64,000 nucleotides of DNA from Octopus bimaculoides (lineage: Eukaryota): assembly GCF_001194135.2 (NCBI RefSeq), contig NC_068990.1:17532909-17596908 (forward strand). Reading direction: 5' to 3'. Under the pieces are notes generated by a model that had not been told where the DNA came from, ran no database searches, and was given only the letters and a program-made list of their open reading frames with translations. Position numbers and translations under genes: made by a program. Every line of letters begins with the position of its first letter. Within the stretch, counting starts at the first letter, position 1. Below, in pieces: positions 62,867 through 64,000 of this stretch.

Positions 62867-63267
62867 NNNNNNNNNNNNNNNNNNNNNNNNNNNNNNNNNN
62901 NNNNNNNNNNNNNNNNNNNNNNNNNNNNNNNNNNNNNNNNNNNNNNNNNNNNNNNNNNNNNNNNNNNNNNNNNNNNNNNNNNNNNNNNNNNNNNNNNNNN
63001 NNNNNNNNNNNNNNNNNNNNNNNNNNNNNNNNNNNNNNNNNNNNNNNNNNNNNNNNNNNNNNNNNNNNNNNNNNNNNNNNNNNNNNNNNNNNNNNNNNNN
63101 NNNNNNNNNNNNNNNNNNNNNNNNNNNNNNNNNNNNNNNNNNNNNNNNNNNNNATCATACTTTATCTCCTGTCTTTCTCATATCCATTTAATACAGTAGT
63201 ACCTCAGTTTACGAATGCCTCTGATCGTGAATAAATCATGCTTTATATTTTATATATATATATATAT

Positions 63268-63460
63268 CATCATCATCATCATCATCGTTTAACGTCCGCT
63301 TTCCATGCTAGCATGGGTTGGACGATTTGACTGAGGACTGGTGCAACCGGATGGCTACACCAGGCTCTAATCTAATTTGGCAGAGTTTCTACAGCTGGAT
63401 GCCCTTCCTAACGCCAACCACTCAGAGAGTGTAGTGGGTGCTTTTACGTGTCACCCGCAC
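63268..63460 (-). mobile_element. Family C (GAT-tailed) element, 5'-truncated
   Basis: Near-identical to 25512-25700; a shorter stub is at 1594-1645. Confidence 0.85.
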
Positions 63461-64000
63461 ATATATAAAGCACGATTTATTCGCGACCAGAGTTCGAAAA
63501 CTGAGGTACTACTGTATATATATTTTTCCCCCATGTAGTCAGTCTCTTTTGCTTTAGAAGACAATTTGCTTTGAGGGTGGTTAGGATGTTGTTGATAAAC
63601 ACTACGTTTCTCACTAGTAAACACCATCTTCCTACTTTTATTTTCCATTATTAAATTGTTTTTTCCCCTCTATCATTCAATCAAATGTTTGAATTTAGGG
63701 CACATGGCTGTGTCACCACCTACTGTATAAAGGTATTATTTTCAACAGTACAGTATTACATAGTTTAATAACTAGAGTTAATTATTCAGTGAGATGGAGC
63801 ATAATATAAGAACTTTAATATTAAACTGGTGTGCAATGTGGTGACCTGGTAGAATCCTTACTGTGCTGGGCGAAACATTTAGCGATATTTCAACCATCTT
63901 TATGTTCTAAGTACAAATTCTGTTGCAGTCCACTTTGCTTTCATCCTTGTACCACATTTTCAAACCAGTATGTTTAATAAGGGAATTAAAACTAAATTAT

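Noticed and set aside
62785-63648. ORFs after exon 33 as further RIF1 exons
   Set aside because: Microsatellite, gap or SINE sequence; no phase-1 acceptor with convincing coding content was found.

Overview
AT-rich, microsatellite- and repeat-dense animal genomic scaffold with 8 N-gaps. The repeat families look like those of Octopus (recognition from memory, not a search). The main feature is a + strand, intron-rich RIF1 gene (telomere-associated/replication-timing factor). I traced 33 coding exons from an ATG at 19512 to 62737. Splice phases match at every junction where both sides are sequenced, about 2360 codons are visible, and no stop codon was found, so the gene appears to run past the window end. 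Two exons are cut by gaps. The protein shows the RIF1 HEAT region, a 2.4-kb disordered-region exon, the GILK/RVSF PP1-docking pair and the conserved C-terminal block. It also has an extra KRVTF motif and a 33-bp coding tandem repeat. Upstream there is a CpG-richer, repeat-poor zone (about 10-16 kb) with a probable promoter, and a decayed tandem duplication (about 3.4-7.4 kb). The rest is decayed DD37D and mariner transposons, RTE-type LINE fragments, at least four SINE-like families, TTAA-flanked MITEs and one long foldback element. There is no CRISPR, rRNA or true tRNA gene. All homology calls come from manual translation and remembered human RIF1 motifs; no database search was run.
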